Origin: Lophium mytilinum
Taxonomy: Eukaryota
DNA: 64,000 nt
Reading direction: 5' to 3'
Assembly (NCBI GenBank): GCA_010093605.1
Contig: MU004185.1
Location: forward strand, 1,385,334-1,449,333
In this document: one piece after another, positions 11,857-24,464 of the stretch
Position numbering within the stretch: the stretch's first letter is position 1
Layout: each line of letters starts with the position of its first letter
Notes under the pieces: generated by a model
Told to the model about the DNA's origin: nothing
Database searches by the model: none
What the model saw: the letters and a program-made list of their open reading frames with translations, nothing else
Translations under genes and position numbers: made by a program

Positions 11857-13164
11857 TTAAACATTGCCAGTGATCTTGCGCTTGACGATACAGCCCAGGT
11901 TCTGTCTTTTCCTCCTACCCCCACTCGTCCAGTCGATCGGTCCCGCGGGTGTCTCAGGCGTCTCAATCTCCTCTTTCTCAAGCTTGCGCTTCTTCGTGAA
12001 AGCTTGGCGAGAGAGCTCAACTACTATTGAGAGATCGTTCACCTTGACTTTCAAAGCATACGGGAAACCCAGCTTGTTCTTCAACGCCGCCTCACCACTG
12101 GCCGCAGACTTGTCCAACAACTTGTCAGACAACACCTACTCGCCCACCCTAGACTCGGCCTTAACTCGGTATGCCTCCTCTCAATCCATCTCACCTCTTG
12201 CTCACCATGACCCTAGACCACGCCCACAACACCTTCCCCATCTCCAAGTACAGCAAGCGCACCGCTACTCCCAAACGCCGCCTCAAAGTCGTACATTGAC
12301 GACATCATCGATGCCAGGCGCAACATAGATGGAAAACCTATCGCAACCAATCTTGCCAACGAACTCCGCGTACTGCTCATGTCGGCGGAGCCCAACGCTC
12401 CAAGGGCCTACCCAGGGATACCCCACGATCTGCAAGAGAGCCTCTCGAGTCTGGCAGAGACGATGGAGGAATGCTACGGAAAACATATCACAAATCGTAA
12501 TGTCAATCAATTGTACCAAAATATCTTACTAACGGTGTCCACAAGCATGCCGCAGAAGACAAATGTTGGAAACATCAACACAACTGCGGCCGCCGACCCG
12601 TACCTCCAAGCCAACCCAGCGATCAAAGGAGCCTTTCTCCAGTTCGTTAGTGACATGCGGGCGAACCACAGCGGGGACCCGGCAAAGTTTGTGGCCCCGA
12701 ACGGGAACCCAAACGCCACATTGTGCATCGTAGGCTCCTATTTCCCAGATCATGCGTTCCCCCTCCTCGCGCTCAAGACGATCTAGGCGCTCCTCCTCTG
12801 TCTCCTCGGCGAGCTCAGCCTCACGCCACGGCTCAGACTTACGCTTTGCCCCACTCTCGCACTCGAAATCCCCGTGCTTAGGATCTGTGCAGAGAGTGAT
12901 CTGAGTAGAGCAGCCAGTACAGCGGATGTAGAGTTAGATTACATCAATGTTAAAGTATTTTTCCCTAGAAATTTCTTTTTAAGTATTAAATTTCTATCCT
13001 TTATAGATATATTCCCCGCAAGAGTTGCATTTTATAGAGAATAGGGCTATAATATAGGAGGTTAGTAGTTTCTTAGCTAACTTAGGACCAGAGTTAGTCT
13101 TTCTAATCATAGCTGGGTCGAAATCGGGAGGATAGTACTTCGAGATGACCTTTCGTTCGGCCAT
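11857..13164 (-). pseudogene. YJU2: Disrupted copy of spliceosomal factor Yju2/Cwc16/Cwf16
   Basis: Hand translation from ATG 13164: [17 protein letters not shown]...[21 protein letters not shown]...VI*LYIRCTGCSTQITLCTDPKHGDFECESGAKRKSEPWREAELAEETEEERLDRLEREEGER. In-frame stops at 12994-6, 12979-81 and 12934-6. The 12754-13164 part is secure; assignment of 11857-12200 as the 3' part is tentative. Confidence 0.85.
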
Positions 13165-13920
13165 GGTGCCGTGTGATGAAGCGAGCTTGCGAAGGTAGTC
13201 GACTAGGAAAGGGTTTGTTGGGTGGTCGGGCTTTACGACCTTTGGTGGGGGTGTCGAAATGGACGTTACGAGCTTCTAGTGGTGGTATTGAGACACCGTG
13301 TAAGCTTGTGGTTTCGAGATGGAAATCTGGAGGTGCTGGCTACCTATTTCAGGAAAGTGCGAAATCACAGCCCCATTAGAGCGCCTTGTGTGTTATTAGT
13401 CTTCTTGGTAGCGATCTGGACCTAATACGGGGCCCCGTGGGGAACGGTAGGCTTGGCGACAGACCGCGGTCTGGTTTCCTCGTCCCACAAAAACAACCTC
13501 ATCATCTCAGCATCTACTCGCTGGTAGCTTCCTCACATGCGCCGTACGTTCGAGAGTGGACTGATTCCTGACCTCACTCACCCACTTCTTGAACTGTCAC
13601 GACCAATATCAAGCAGTTGCTCTAGGGGGTTGATGCTGCTACCGTGGAAGTATGAGCTTTCGTGCTGCAGGACGTGTATAGCTCAGTCCCTGGTAGCGGT
13701 AAGAGATTCTGGAGTAAACCATGGCTGGCCCAAGGTCTGGGGAATGAGGGGTCTTTAAGAGCTGTGTTTTCTTCATTCCTTTCGTTATCTCCACAACCAT
13801 TACCTCTCAAAATTAAAATTCCCATCCTAAGTCTTCTATCTCACAAAAAGCACAATTTTTATCATAACCAACTATCTATTTTCTAAGAAAACAAGTCTAC
13901 CCACAAAGCCACACCGCGCC

Positions 13921-14550
13921 ATGCCTCCTCCCGCAGCACGCACACGCACACTCTCCCTCTCCCTCGCCCACGGAATCTCCCTTCAGACATCCGACCAGCC
14001 CGCCTCCCCGCCCCCCTCCAGCACAACTACTCCCACCACTCCGCGCGCCCCCCGCTGGTCCCACCGCTTCTCCTTCGGCCGCCTGACCGCAGAGATCGCG
14101 GCACTGCCCCTCGACCCTATCCCATATTATCCGAGCTCGGACGCTATTGCCATGCCCGCAAGCACAGCTCCGACCACAGCAACCCCACCCACGTTCGCCT
14201 CCATGGACTGGGCACTGCCTACTTACGACGAGCACTACTCGCCTACCGATAACACTAGGGTGCGGAGACGGGAGAGCGACTGGCCCACCCGCCGGGAGAT
14301 TGAGGCCGAGGCCGGGTTTGCGATTGTGTATCCGCATGAGGCGTCGCAGGGGTCGTCGGTGGAGTATCGCGAGGTGTCGGGGGAGGAGGGGGAGAGTGAT
14401 GATGAGGCGGTGCAGGTTGGGACGGTGCAGGATGTGGGGCGGAAGAGGCGGGGGAGTAGTGTGGTGCAGGGGCTGAGGAAGGGGTTGGGATGGGTGAGGA
14501 GGTTGAGTTCGGGGACTGGGCGGAAGGGGAGTGTTGATGCGGTGGAGTGA
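13921..14550 (+). CDS. Hypothetical low-complexity protein (209 aa)
   Basis: Single ORF with ATG in gccATG context after an AT-rich leader. Pro/Thr-rich N-half, acidic patch, and RRGS/RKGS basic motifs. No family recognised. Confidence 0.55.
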   Translation: MPPPAARTRTLSLSLAHGISLQTSDQPASPPPSSTTTPTTPRAPRWSHRFSFGRLTAEIAALPLDPIPYYPSSDAIAMPASTAPTTATPPTFASMDWALPTYDEHYSPTDNTRVRRRESDWPTRREIEAEAGFAIVYPHEASQGSSVEYREVSGEEGESDDEAVQVGTVQDVGRKRRGSSVVQGLRKGLGWVRRLSSGTGRKGSVDAVE

Positions 14551-14838
14551 GGGTTGGGGTTGGCGTGGAGAGCGAGGGATACCACTCGCGACGTCGTTCG
14601 CTTGAGTCGGCTTTGTACAGCTGTTGGCTCACCTACCTACGGTCTTTAATTTTTAAAAGGTTGCTTCAGCTTCGGTTGTGTAGTCTCATCCCAAACGAAC
14701 ACCAAGACGGATCTGGTTGATTGATGGCAAAGTTGAATGTTTTGCTAAACTAGACATATGACGGCATTGAACCCCCCGTGACACTGTGGCAATACTTTAC
14801 AAGTCCTTCGACTACCAGTGCTTATCCTTTCCATTACT

Positions 14839-15678
14839 TTACTCAGTCTTCGGTTGCTTGTACATGCCCTTGAAGTCCCAGTTGTTCAGGTAGCCACAGC
14901 CAGCCTACAAAAGTGTGAGTACTCTGAAGAAAACCTTTCAATCACTTGATTAGACTTACACTGAGGTAGGTGGCGAATCCCAGCCATCCCAGATAGGGCG
15001 CGAGCAGCCAGCCGCACACAGGGTCGACCTGGCCCCAGATGTAGGCCAGATAGCCCGTGACACCAGTAAGCGCAACGATGTCGACGGTGGCTTCAATGGG
15101 GCGGCGGAGGCCGAAGAAGAGAGGCATCCATAGCAGATTCAGGCCGAGTTGGATCGTGTAGAGAGTGGCTCCTTGCTGGGGCGTATTAGCATTTGTTGGA
15201 TCTCGAGCATGAACAAAAAGCAAGCAATCAAACGAAGGAGCTGTCGCTCTCCTATGTTGGGACGAAGGATAGGAGTTTGACCTCGACGCGTGACCTTAAG
15301 CAAAGCTAAATGAATAAAAGGAAACAAACTACGAACCTTGGCGAGGATCGTCTTGTTTAGGTCAAGCGATGTGATGCCAGCGTTCCACGCGCGGTAGGCT
15401 GTGTAGCCCATGGTGGCATACAGCGCCGTCCATACTGGGCCAAACACCTGAGGTGGAGGGTCGAATGGCGGCTGTTTCAAGGCAAGGTGCTCATGATGCT
15501 TCTTGTCCGCTGCATCACCGTTCATCAGTCACTGGCCAACCTTGAGGCAGAAGAGCGAGAACATACGGCGGGTCGAAAAGCCAATTCCAGTCCCTAGAAC
15601 GACTGGCAGCAAGATTGACGAAGCCGGGTGCTCGAAGATGGAGGCCGGCAGCGTCAGGGACGGCACGTAGGATGTCAT
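14839..15678 (-). CDS. TSPO: TspO/MBR translocator protein
   Basis: Spliced: [11 protein letters not shown]...[26 protein letters not shown]...[14 protein letters not shown]...[15 protein letters not shown]...GYLNNWDF. Three GT-AG introns. Confidence 0.92.
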
Positions 15679-16581
15679 GATGCAAACGCGCAGTGGTTGT
15701 TCTTAGACGCTATTCGGGTACCTGCGCAAGACAGATGGTATAGCTCCCAGTAGTGTCTTGAGCTATGATTGTAAAAGGGTGAATGAATCAGCAGTGAGAC
15801 GGTGTTGCAGCAGACATGGACTCTTTTATGTCTCGCACTTTGTCTTGTCTCCTCATCGCCTGGTGGTCCGACCTGCGGTGACGCGCTCGCTCGCCAAAGT
15901 CACGGGAACGGGATCGGCTAAAGCTAGCGCCAAGCTCCGCAGCCAAGCCGGGCCGAGCGAGGCTGCCGCGCAACAGCCTCATTAGCTCCAGCTCGTCCAG
16001 CCGCCCTCCAAACCTCAACACCAACCTGGACCTCTCGTCAGGCCAGGCCAACCGCACCTTCGTGAGTGCAGACAATACTTGTTAGGCCTCCTCTACCTTA
16101 TTGTTCGTCTCCCTCCCCGTACAAACCCTACCTTAAGCTGCCCTTGCCCTTGTTCGCGGATTCATGCCGCCCCCTCCCAGCTTCTTCTCTTGCCCATCAT
16201 CTCTTGCGGACGCTTATGTCGCTGCGAATGCCGCCGCTTCGCTAGCCGACGTCCTCTTGTTATCACTTAATTAGCCCCGCCCGCTTGTCCCTCGTCACGT
16301 CTCTTCCCCGTTATCATGACGACCGATTCTAACGCGCCATATGGCAAACAGCTTCTCCCGGACGATTGTCGCCATCGCCGTCGCCCTGCCGCCTCCTGCC
16401 TGCCGTCGCAATCGCCTGCCGCCCGTGCGCCGAGACAGCTATAATTGCTTGTCTAGCTGGGGCGACTCTCGTGCTAATCACCAATCCGACACAGGCTCAG
16501 CAGCTACCTCCATCGATACTACGATTCTTCCTCGGCACATGTTAAAGAGTCCTGCCTCTCGTTGAGCAGCGAAAGCCCATC

Positions 16582-19492
16582 ATGGATTCATACCCGTATG
16601 TTTGTCTTATAAACTCTATGCCAAACCATCTTGCTGATCCAAACCATCTTTAGCAACCGTGAGACCGGTGTCGACTCGTACCGCCGCCGTTCGCCTGGTA
16701 AGCAACCACCTTCTCGATAGTCGTTATCATCTTCACCTACACGTCGTCCTACTTCTCGTCATCCACGAACGTAACACTCTCTACTTTACACCTGATCGTA
16801 CAAACCTCATTCTACCCTTTTCCCATCATTCTAAAGTCAAGCCTTCCCCTCCTTATCAGACTCATACTTACTCTGTCGTTTTCAGCAGGCACCGATCGCC
16901 GACCGCGCGGCAGCCGTGGACGTTCTAGATCTCCGCAAGCCATTGACCGATACCAGCCGTCTCGGGATCGGGATGATTACTACCCTGGAGGTGGTCGCGA
17001 CGAGCGCGAACATCCTCGTCGGCGCCGATCGTCGGGTCACGCCGTCCCACCAACGATAGATAGATACGTCCCCGGCCAGGAGTCGCCGTTCACGCCCACC
17101 ATGACGACGAATCCCGTCCCGAACCCGATGACACTCGAGTTCCAAGTTGGCTTCAATTACTTCGCGGAGTGGTGGCGTATGGAACAAGTCATGAAGGAGG
17201 AAAAAGAGCGCGCGAAGAATGGCGGCAGAAAACCGGTGCTGAAGGGTGAGAAAGAGGCTCGGGAGGAGCGAGGAAAAGAGAGGGAGCAAATCCAAATCGC
17301 ATACGACGAGTACAAGGAGCAACTCCAAATTCAAATGGCCCGTACCTTCGTTCGACTCCACAAGAATGAGGAGTGGTTCAAGGAGCGCTATGACCCTGAA
17401 TGCAAGGCTAAATTCCGCGCAAAGCTTGCAGAATTCCGTCAAGCTGCATACGCGCAATGGGAAGCGGATTTGGACTTGGGCGTGTTCGACGACTTTACCC
17501 TCGAGGGAATCTATAAGAACGAGAGCAACGGCGCCGGTGGTGTTGTGGAGAAAGAGGAGGGTGAGACCACTGCGGCTAATGAGGTGCTTGGCGTGGGAGA
17601 CCTCCTGCCCTCAAGAGGCGGCGATCTTCGCGACGAAAATGCCCTCAACCAGCCAACGCTACTCATTAAGACCATATCTCCGTCGGTTAGTCGGGACAAA
17701 ATGGAGGACTTCTGCAAAGAGCACCTCGGAGAGGAAGCCGGTGGATTCAAGTGGCTAAGTTTGAGCGACCCAAATCCCCTCAAGAAATGTCACCGAATTG
17801 GCTGGGTAATCTTGAATCCTGCTGAGGATGAGCCAATGGAAGAGGACCGGGGCGATGGCCGCGACCCGGAAGAACTCGAAGACGCTGCGATCAAGCTTGA
17901 GTCAGAGTCTTCCGCTCCCGTGGGCCCTGCTAGCAAAGCGCTCGCGGAAATCAATGGCAAGACCATCATGGATGAAGAGCGTGGAAACTTTACCTGCCAT
18001 GTGGGAATTCACGAACCGCCCCAGGTTCCGCGCAAGAAGGCTCTATGGGATCTCTTCTCTGCCCCGGAGAGGATAGAGCGAGATCTGCAGCTAGCCGAGC
18101 GATTGGTCGCGAAGATGGATGACGAACTTGGACCCGACTACGATGGTGTCCACAAGATTGAGCACCGTGTGGATGAGCTTCGTAACAAGGGCTGGCTACA
18201 ACCTCCTGTCAATGCTCCAGCCAGTGTCAAGAAGGCGAAGGTGGACGAAGAGCTGGAGGAAGGAGAAGACGCCACTATGGACGACGAGGAGGAAGAAGGA
18301 GCCTTTGAGGACGAGGTCGATGACGAGGAGCTGCTTGCCAAGAAGAAGAAGCTTGATCTTCTGATTGAGTACCTTCGTCGAGTGTTCAACTTCTGCTTCT
18401 TTTGCGTCTTCGAGAGTGACTCTGTTCACGAGCTTACTCGCAAATGTCCCGGAGGTCATCTTCGTCGACCGCGGTCCAGCCTGACTACTGCCGCGAAAGC
18501 AACTGCCAAAGCTACAGCAGAGGGTGCCCCGTTTCCGTACAAGAAGCAAGAGTCAACCGGAGACGCGGAAATGGCGTTGTCGCCAGTGGAACAGAAAAAG
18601 ACGCCGCAGCTTGGTGTCAAAACTCAGCAGCAACTCCAGCGCGCTTACAACTGGGTCAAGACTTACGAAGACAAGTTGCTCCAAATTCTCGAGCCGGATA
18701 GCGTGGATATCAAGAAGCTGGGTGGTAAGCCACTCGAGGAGGCTGTCGAGGACGAACTCACGAAGCACGTGAGGCAAGAAGACGAGTCCAAATGGCGCTG
18801 CAAGGTTCCAGAATGTACCAAGCTGTTCAAAGGCAGGGTTTTCTGGCGAAAGCACGTCGAAAAGCGCCACCCCGAATGGTTCGAAAAGATGCAGCAAGAT
18901 GTAAGCATAGAGAGGCCGTTTTTCTTAGGATCTAATATGCTCAGAAATACTAATTGAGGTACGATAGGTGAACCTAGTGAATGTCTACGTCTTGGACCCT
19001 GCGCACATTGCACCTTCTCGGAGCGATGCTAACAGCAATGGTCATTTCCCAATGAACAACCATATCACTGCCGGCACACCACGTGGCTTCAACCTCTCTG
19101 CCATGCCCTTCATCCCCGGTGGTGTCGGCAACGGTTTCCCAGGTCCGATGGGTATACAAGCATTCATGAACCCCGGAGGCATGAACATGGGCAACTGGAA
19201 CGGGATGGGGGATGACGATCGACACCAGTCTGGACCTCGACGAAACGGAGGCAATAGGTTCAACAATCGGGCGCCGGGCCCTTACGATCGACAGCAGCGA
19301 GACGGACGTAATCAGCGCTGGAACTCTGGTCGTTTGACGCCTCCGCGAGGGGGCGGTCGTCCTGGCACCGGCCGGAACCTGGAAGGTGGTCCTGGTACGT
19401 TCCAATCCCGCGATGTCATCCCAGAGCGAAAGCTTCGCAGCTATGAGGACCTAGATGCTGTTGGCGGCAGCAACGCCGAGCTCAACTACTAG
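16582..19492 (+). CDS. ARS2: SERRATE/Ars2 family cap-binding-complex adaptor (S. pombe Pir2-like)
   Basis: Small 5' exons MDSYP/NRETGVDSYRRRSP and an RS-rich N-terminus. Motifs FVRLHKNEEWFKERY, YLRRVFNFCFFC...CPGGHLR and C2H2 finger CKVPECTKLFKGRVFWRKHVEKRH. C-terminal RSYEDLDA. Intron 18901-18967. Confidence 0.9.
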
Positions 19493-21072
19493 GTCTGTGC
19501 ACACAGGCTTGACAACGTCTGGCTGTCTTCGATGCACTTTCAAAATCGAGGGTTTGTGTGATGCTGTCCTTTCCTGGCGCGTGGGTCATGTCGTCTTAGG
19601 TTGCATATGACGAGGATTGGAGTGGGCAGGCAGCCTCATATCTGGCTTGCACTTGTAAGAGTATTTGGGGGTTGGGTTCATCCGATTTTGCGCTTCGGAA
19701 TGCTGAGAGGCCATTGTGCTTGGGGCTTTCGTAGCTTTCTTCCCTTTCTGGGGCTCCGTTTGCGGACGAGCTCGGGCTGCCAGTTAAAAAAGGGAATTGA
19801 TGCAATTGACCTATTTTCTTCCTTTGGTGATTTGTTTTACTAATCATGAACATTGGGCCTATTCGCGCAGCCGTGTTGTTCAGCACCGTTTGAGGGCCTC
19901 TGATACACTGTGGAAAACTGCAAAGCTATGGTTTTGGCAAGTGTAATAGCTCTTAGGGCCACCCCAGACGGTGTTAGACTGCGGGGTGTATGTCTCAATA
20001 TGCTCCGTTTCACTGACAATAAGATTCCATAATCTACGCTATGCATACAGGTTTATCACTGTTTGGCCCCAATGTTGCTCACTCAACACCACCGTGGGGG
20101 GTAGCCTGGATGTTTAGTAGCTAATAAGGCAAGAGGCAGTCCAATCTACATTGCTTGAAATTCAACATCGCGCTCAGATCTTCGAGATGCTGTGGAGTAC
20201 TCCAAGCGGTGGCGAGTCAGTGGACCAGACTTATGGGCTGTCACTGTATAGTACCCTTTCTTGCCACTGGCAGAGGTGCCTCAACGGCTGCTCAAGAATA
20301 CTAAAAATATACAGAGGTAAGAGAGCTCCGTTTTGAACAACGAGCAAACTTGCCGGGTCCCCTCAAACAGCAGTGATGGAGGAGTCGCGTACGGAGTAGG
20401 ACTAGGAGCTCCATGGTGGGGTGTAGGCTAAGCTTTGCTGCGGGGCTGGCTTCCAAGATTCCACTTCGCATCACTTCCCAGTTTAGAGACGCCGTTGCGG
20501 CGGCCGGTGAGCGTTCAGAGACCCTTGCCCGGCCGTGTTGCCGTGAGCATTACATTGGATGTTCAGGGCGCTTTCTGCTTCGGTGCTGGACGCGCTTTGT
20601 CACATTATTGAGCCCCTCAGCCCTAGAGCCGCTGTGCCGCCCAAGTGTGAAGCCGCCCTCTAGCTGCGCCATTCCCCGGTGACGGAGACGACCTTGGCAC
20701 AAGACAAGCTAACGGCCTTCTCCAAGAAAGTTGACCATCTGCCCCGGTGCACATGGCCCCGAAGGCCCCTCTACCGACCCTCCACACCACCAAAAGCTGA
20801 CGGCTGCAGCTTCCCTCTTACTTGATCCCGGCCGCATCACTAGCTAGGCCTTTGTGCGGCTGACTTGACCTTCTGCCGCTTCGGGCTTGTCCCACCATTC
20901 GCACTGCTTCCTGGCCCATTTCACTACCCTCTCTTGGCTGCCCAGCGAGAAAGACAACCATCTTCTTGGCCGCCACTCGTCATTGACACGCGTCGATACT
21001 TCAAGCCTTCCCTAGACCCTATACTCCGATATCTTCCTCCCGACCATCCTACATCGCACTCCGAGGCACAGC

Positions 21073-24000
21073 ATGGTGGCCCACGACAACACCTCTCCGC
21101 AACGTCAAGCTCCGGCCCTCAAGTTAAACGGTGCAGTCGAACCAACAACCATGGACACCGTCCCGCCCCTTCAGAGCTTCGGCGAGCCAGACTCGAAGCT
21201 CAAGAGGCCGGTACCAGCCAGAGCGGGCACCTCGAATTTCTCGAAACTATCTACAAACACTGTGCCGCCGGAGGGATCCATTCTTACCGGGAAGCAGGAG
21301 CATTGTGAGTAGCTGCAACCGACTTCCTTGGAAGTAAATAGTAACAGCTTCCGCAGATCTAAAGCGACAGTTACTTTCCAAACAAACAAACTACGAGATA
21401 GCAGAGCTCAACTCACCCACTGCGCTCCAGCGATTTGGCGCCCCGTTCCGCTCAGACGCCGGAGAAGTTCCCCCAGAAGACTCCGAACTGCCCATCCTCC
21501 GCTACATATTCGTACACCATGTTCGGAACTTTCCGTTCCTCGACAAGGCCAAGGAGAAGGAGTTTTGGCAGGACAAACTACAAATTGTAGGTTTTGCGAC
21601 TGGGCAAAGTCCAAAAATAGGTGCTAACGGAGCTATTGCAATCTTGTAGTTCCTAGAATCATTTGCGAACAAGCACATCTCATCCTCGGAAGATCGCTTA
21701 GAAGAGACAAAGCGGAGGAAACTGGCCGGGAAAGCCGAGAAGTTGGTGGAACTGATGATGGTGTCCGGCATACCTACAGCCTCAGGATACGAAGAGCGCA
21801 TCCGTTTCTCGGAGCTTGAGGTTGTCGAGCGAGGGGCCAGTGAGAATGGCCTTGTTGTCAACGTTCCCAGCGGCCACGACATAAACGGCTGGGACGTCAA
21901 CGTAGCAGGAGTGCGAACCATGTCTGTCAAAAAGCACCTTCGATACCATACACATGCGGTAGGTAACAAGAGATTCACCAATTCATTGGTCGAAAAAAGG
22001 TTGAAAGTCGCTAAAACAACAATAGGAATTTCTCCTCCGAGTCAAAAAGGCTGGACAACCGGAGATCTACGTTGGTCGCCGTTACGCCGATTTCGTACAA
22101 GTCCACAAACGAATACGACTGGAGCTACCCGGAAAAGTCTTGGCTCCCCTTCCAAGGAAAAACAAGAAGAACTCGTTGCTGCGATCAGACGCAGATGATG
22201 ATGCGGATTCGATTTCTTCGGGATCAACGCAAGAAGCCCCAGAGCCTTATGACACTGGAAATAGCGGCGGTGGCTTACGAAGCTACTTATTTAGTAACCA
22301 CCGTCGAAACGCATCCACTTCTTCTCTGAGAAGTGATAAATCCCCCCTGAGAAGTGGTAAATCCCCACGAGCATCCGTTGATAATGTTGCTTTCAAGGAG
22401 CCCCGAGTTCTATATAGAGAAGAGCAACGAGTCTCTCTCCGCGCTTTCCTGCGCACGTTTCTGCAGAACGAAATTATCTCTCAGTCAAGCGCAATGCTAC
22501 AGTTCTTGACCGGAAACCCGATCGAGTTGAACGAGGAAGAAATGGAAGATATCGACAGGCGGAAGGAGATGGATGAAAAGCGCATGGAAGAACAGAGGCA
22601 GTTCTACGAGATTGCTAGAAGGCGAGCAGCGGAGCTAGACGTACATATGGAGAAGTTTCGGCGAGACATTGTTGAGCGCAGTGAGTGCGCTGGTTCTCGA
22701 ATCAATTGAGCATATACTAACCTAGAACAGATGGCCTGTCACACTTGTTCCGGGAAATCCGCGAGAAGACCACGATAGCACAGCTTAAACCTGAATATCA
22801 GAAGTTTGCCGAATGGCTTCGGATAGAGTAAGTCTTCCAAATCACAGCATAAACCAATACTAACAGGATTCAAGAGTCGCTGCCACTCTATATCATCTCT
22901 TTCTTGCCGAGGATAACTCTCCAGAACTCTTTGCTCAAGCGAAGAGAATTCACTCTCTCGTACCATATACCCTTTTGAAAAACGTCATTCGAATAGCCAA
23001 CCCAGCGGCCGTCATGAATGGAGTTCTAGATCTGTTCCTGGCTCAACCCTTGGGCGCTCGTTCCCTTATGCAGCGCATGTTTGGAATGGCAATCAACGAT
23101 GGAGTAAAATCAGTTCAGAAGTCTATCGATACCCTAGCCTCAACTAAGATCCAGGACCCTGTGCTAGTTGAGAAAATCAAAGCTTTCACCCAAGCGAGCG
23201 AGGACATTAAAGAAGCGATCAGGCTTGAGGCGCAAGAGGAAGGCGTCGATGTTGTTGTCACGATTCTCCGGTCCGAGCACATCTCGCCAGAGCTCACATC
23301 GGAGCAAATAACTAAAGTTTTCAACGCTTACGTCGCGTGGAATAGCGCCGTAGAAAACACTCGCAGCCGTTCGATGAGCCGAAAGTCGAGTAGCTTTAGT
23401 GCACTTAGCACAGTCAGCAACAGCACGGACAAGTTTGTTGATGAGGAGATGCGAAGTGGCGCGGAGCTGTTTGCACATTTGAAACAGCTTCTCAAGCTGT
23501 GTATGAGGCAGCGCGATAAGTTGATGATGATGCAGATTATCGAAGAGGTCAGATACCCCTTTTCGCAACCACGATGGTTTTGTTTACTGATGCCAAACAG
23601 CCGACAACCCTACACCTATTCCGCGACCTATTTTCGATCTTCTACGAACCTCTAGTGCGCGTCTACAAATCTGCGAACGTCTACAACAGCATCACAGACT
23701 TCGCCATGTTCGTCGACGACACCATCAAAACCATCGAGGCCGCCCAGCGACAAGACGTCTCCGCCGACCCCAATCAAACCGTCCAGTCGTTCATCGACCT
23801 TTGCGCGCGGCACGAGGATGACTTCTACAAATTTGTGCACGAGGTCCACATCCACGACAACGGGCTCTTTGACCAGCTCATGGGCTGGTTGGAGGGCATC
23901 CTCGAGTTCCTCCGCAAAGGACCCAGGGGCGGTGGAAAGCTAGACATGAATGCGCTATTCCAGGGCGCCATGGACTCCGGCCTCATCGACAAACGCGTAG

Positions 24001-24464
24001 CAGTCCGCGAGATCAATTCGTTAATCCGCTGGCAAACGGCGCGCAAGAAGTGGCATCAGGACAAAACAAGGCAGAAGATGGCGTCTAGTGGAGGCGACGA
24101 GGCGGACGGGATGATGGGCGGAGGGATTGCGGGGTTCAAGAGCAGCGATTTTGGTCTTAACGAGGTGAGTGCCTGCTTCTTTGGTCTTCAAGAATAGATC
24201 AGATATACTGACCTATCTTTCCAGCTCGACCTCCAAGACCTCGAACTCGACGTAGAAGACGACGACTTCTACGAGAGCGAGAGCGACGAAGACATGGACG
24301 ACGAGGAAATCGCCAACCCCATCGCCGCCGAGCGCAAGCGGCGGGCGCGCGCGCAGGAGCGGCTGAGGCGGACGGCGGGCGAGCCGAAGAAGCCGCCGAT
24401 TGTCGAGCTGGATAAGATGCATCCGAGTTTCCTGGCTATGCTGAGATCGGTGTTGGCGGAGTAG
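21073..24464 (+). CDS. PX-domain protein with PX-associated domains (yeast YPR097W/Lec1-like)
   Basis: Multi-exon: LTGKQEH/YLKRQLL...ALQRFGAPF...FPFLDKAKEKEFWQDK...EDRLEETKRRKLA...REEQRVSLRAFLR...IANPAAVMNGVLDLFLAQP...FYEPLVRVYKSA. Confidence 0.88.

Noticed and set aside
12529..12753. Minus-strand ORF MIWEIGAYDAQCG... as a continuation of YJU2
   Set aside because: In frame with YJU2 but shows no Yju2 similarity; better explained as the antisense of the inserted fragment.
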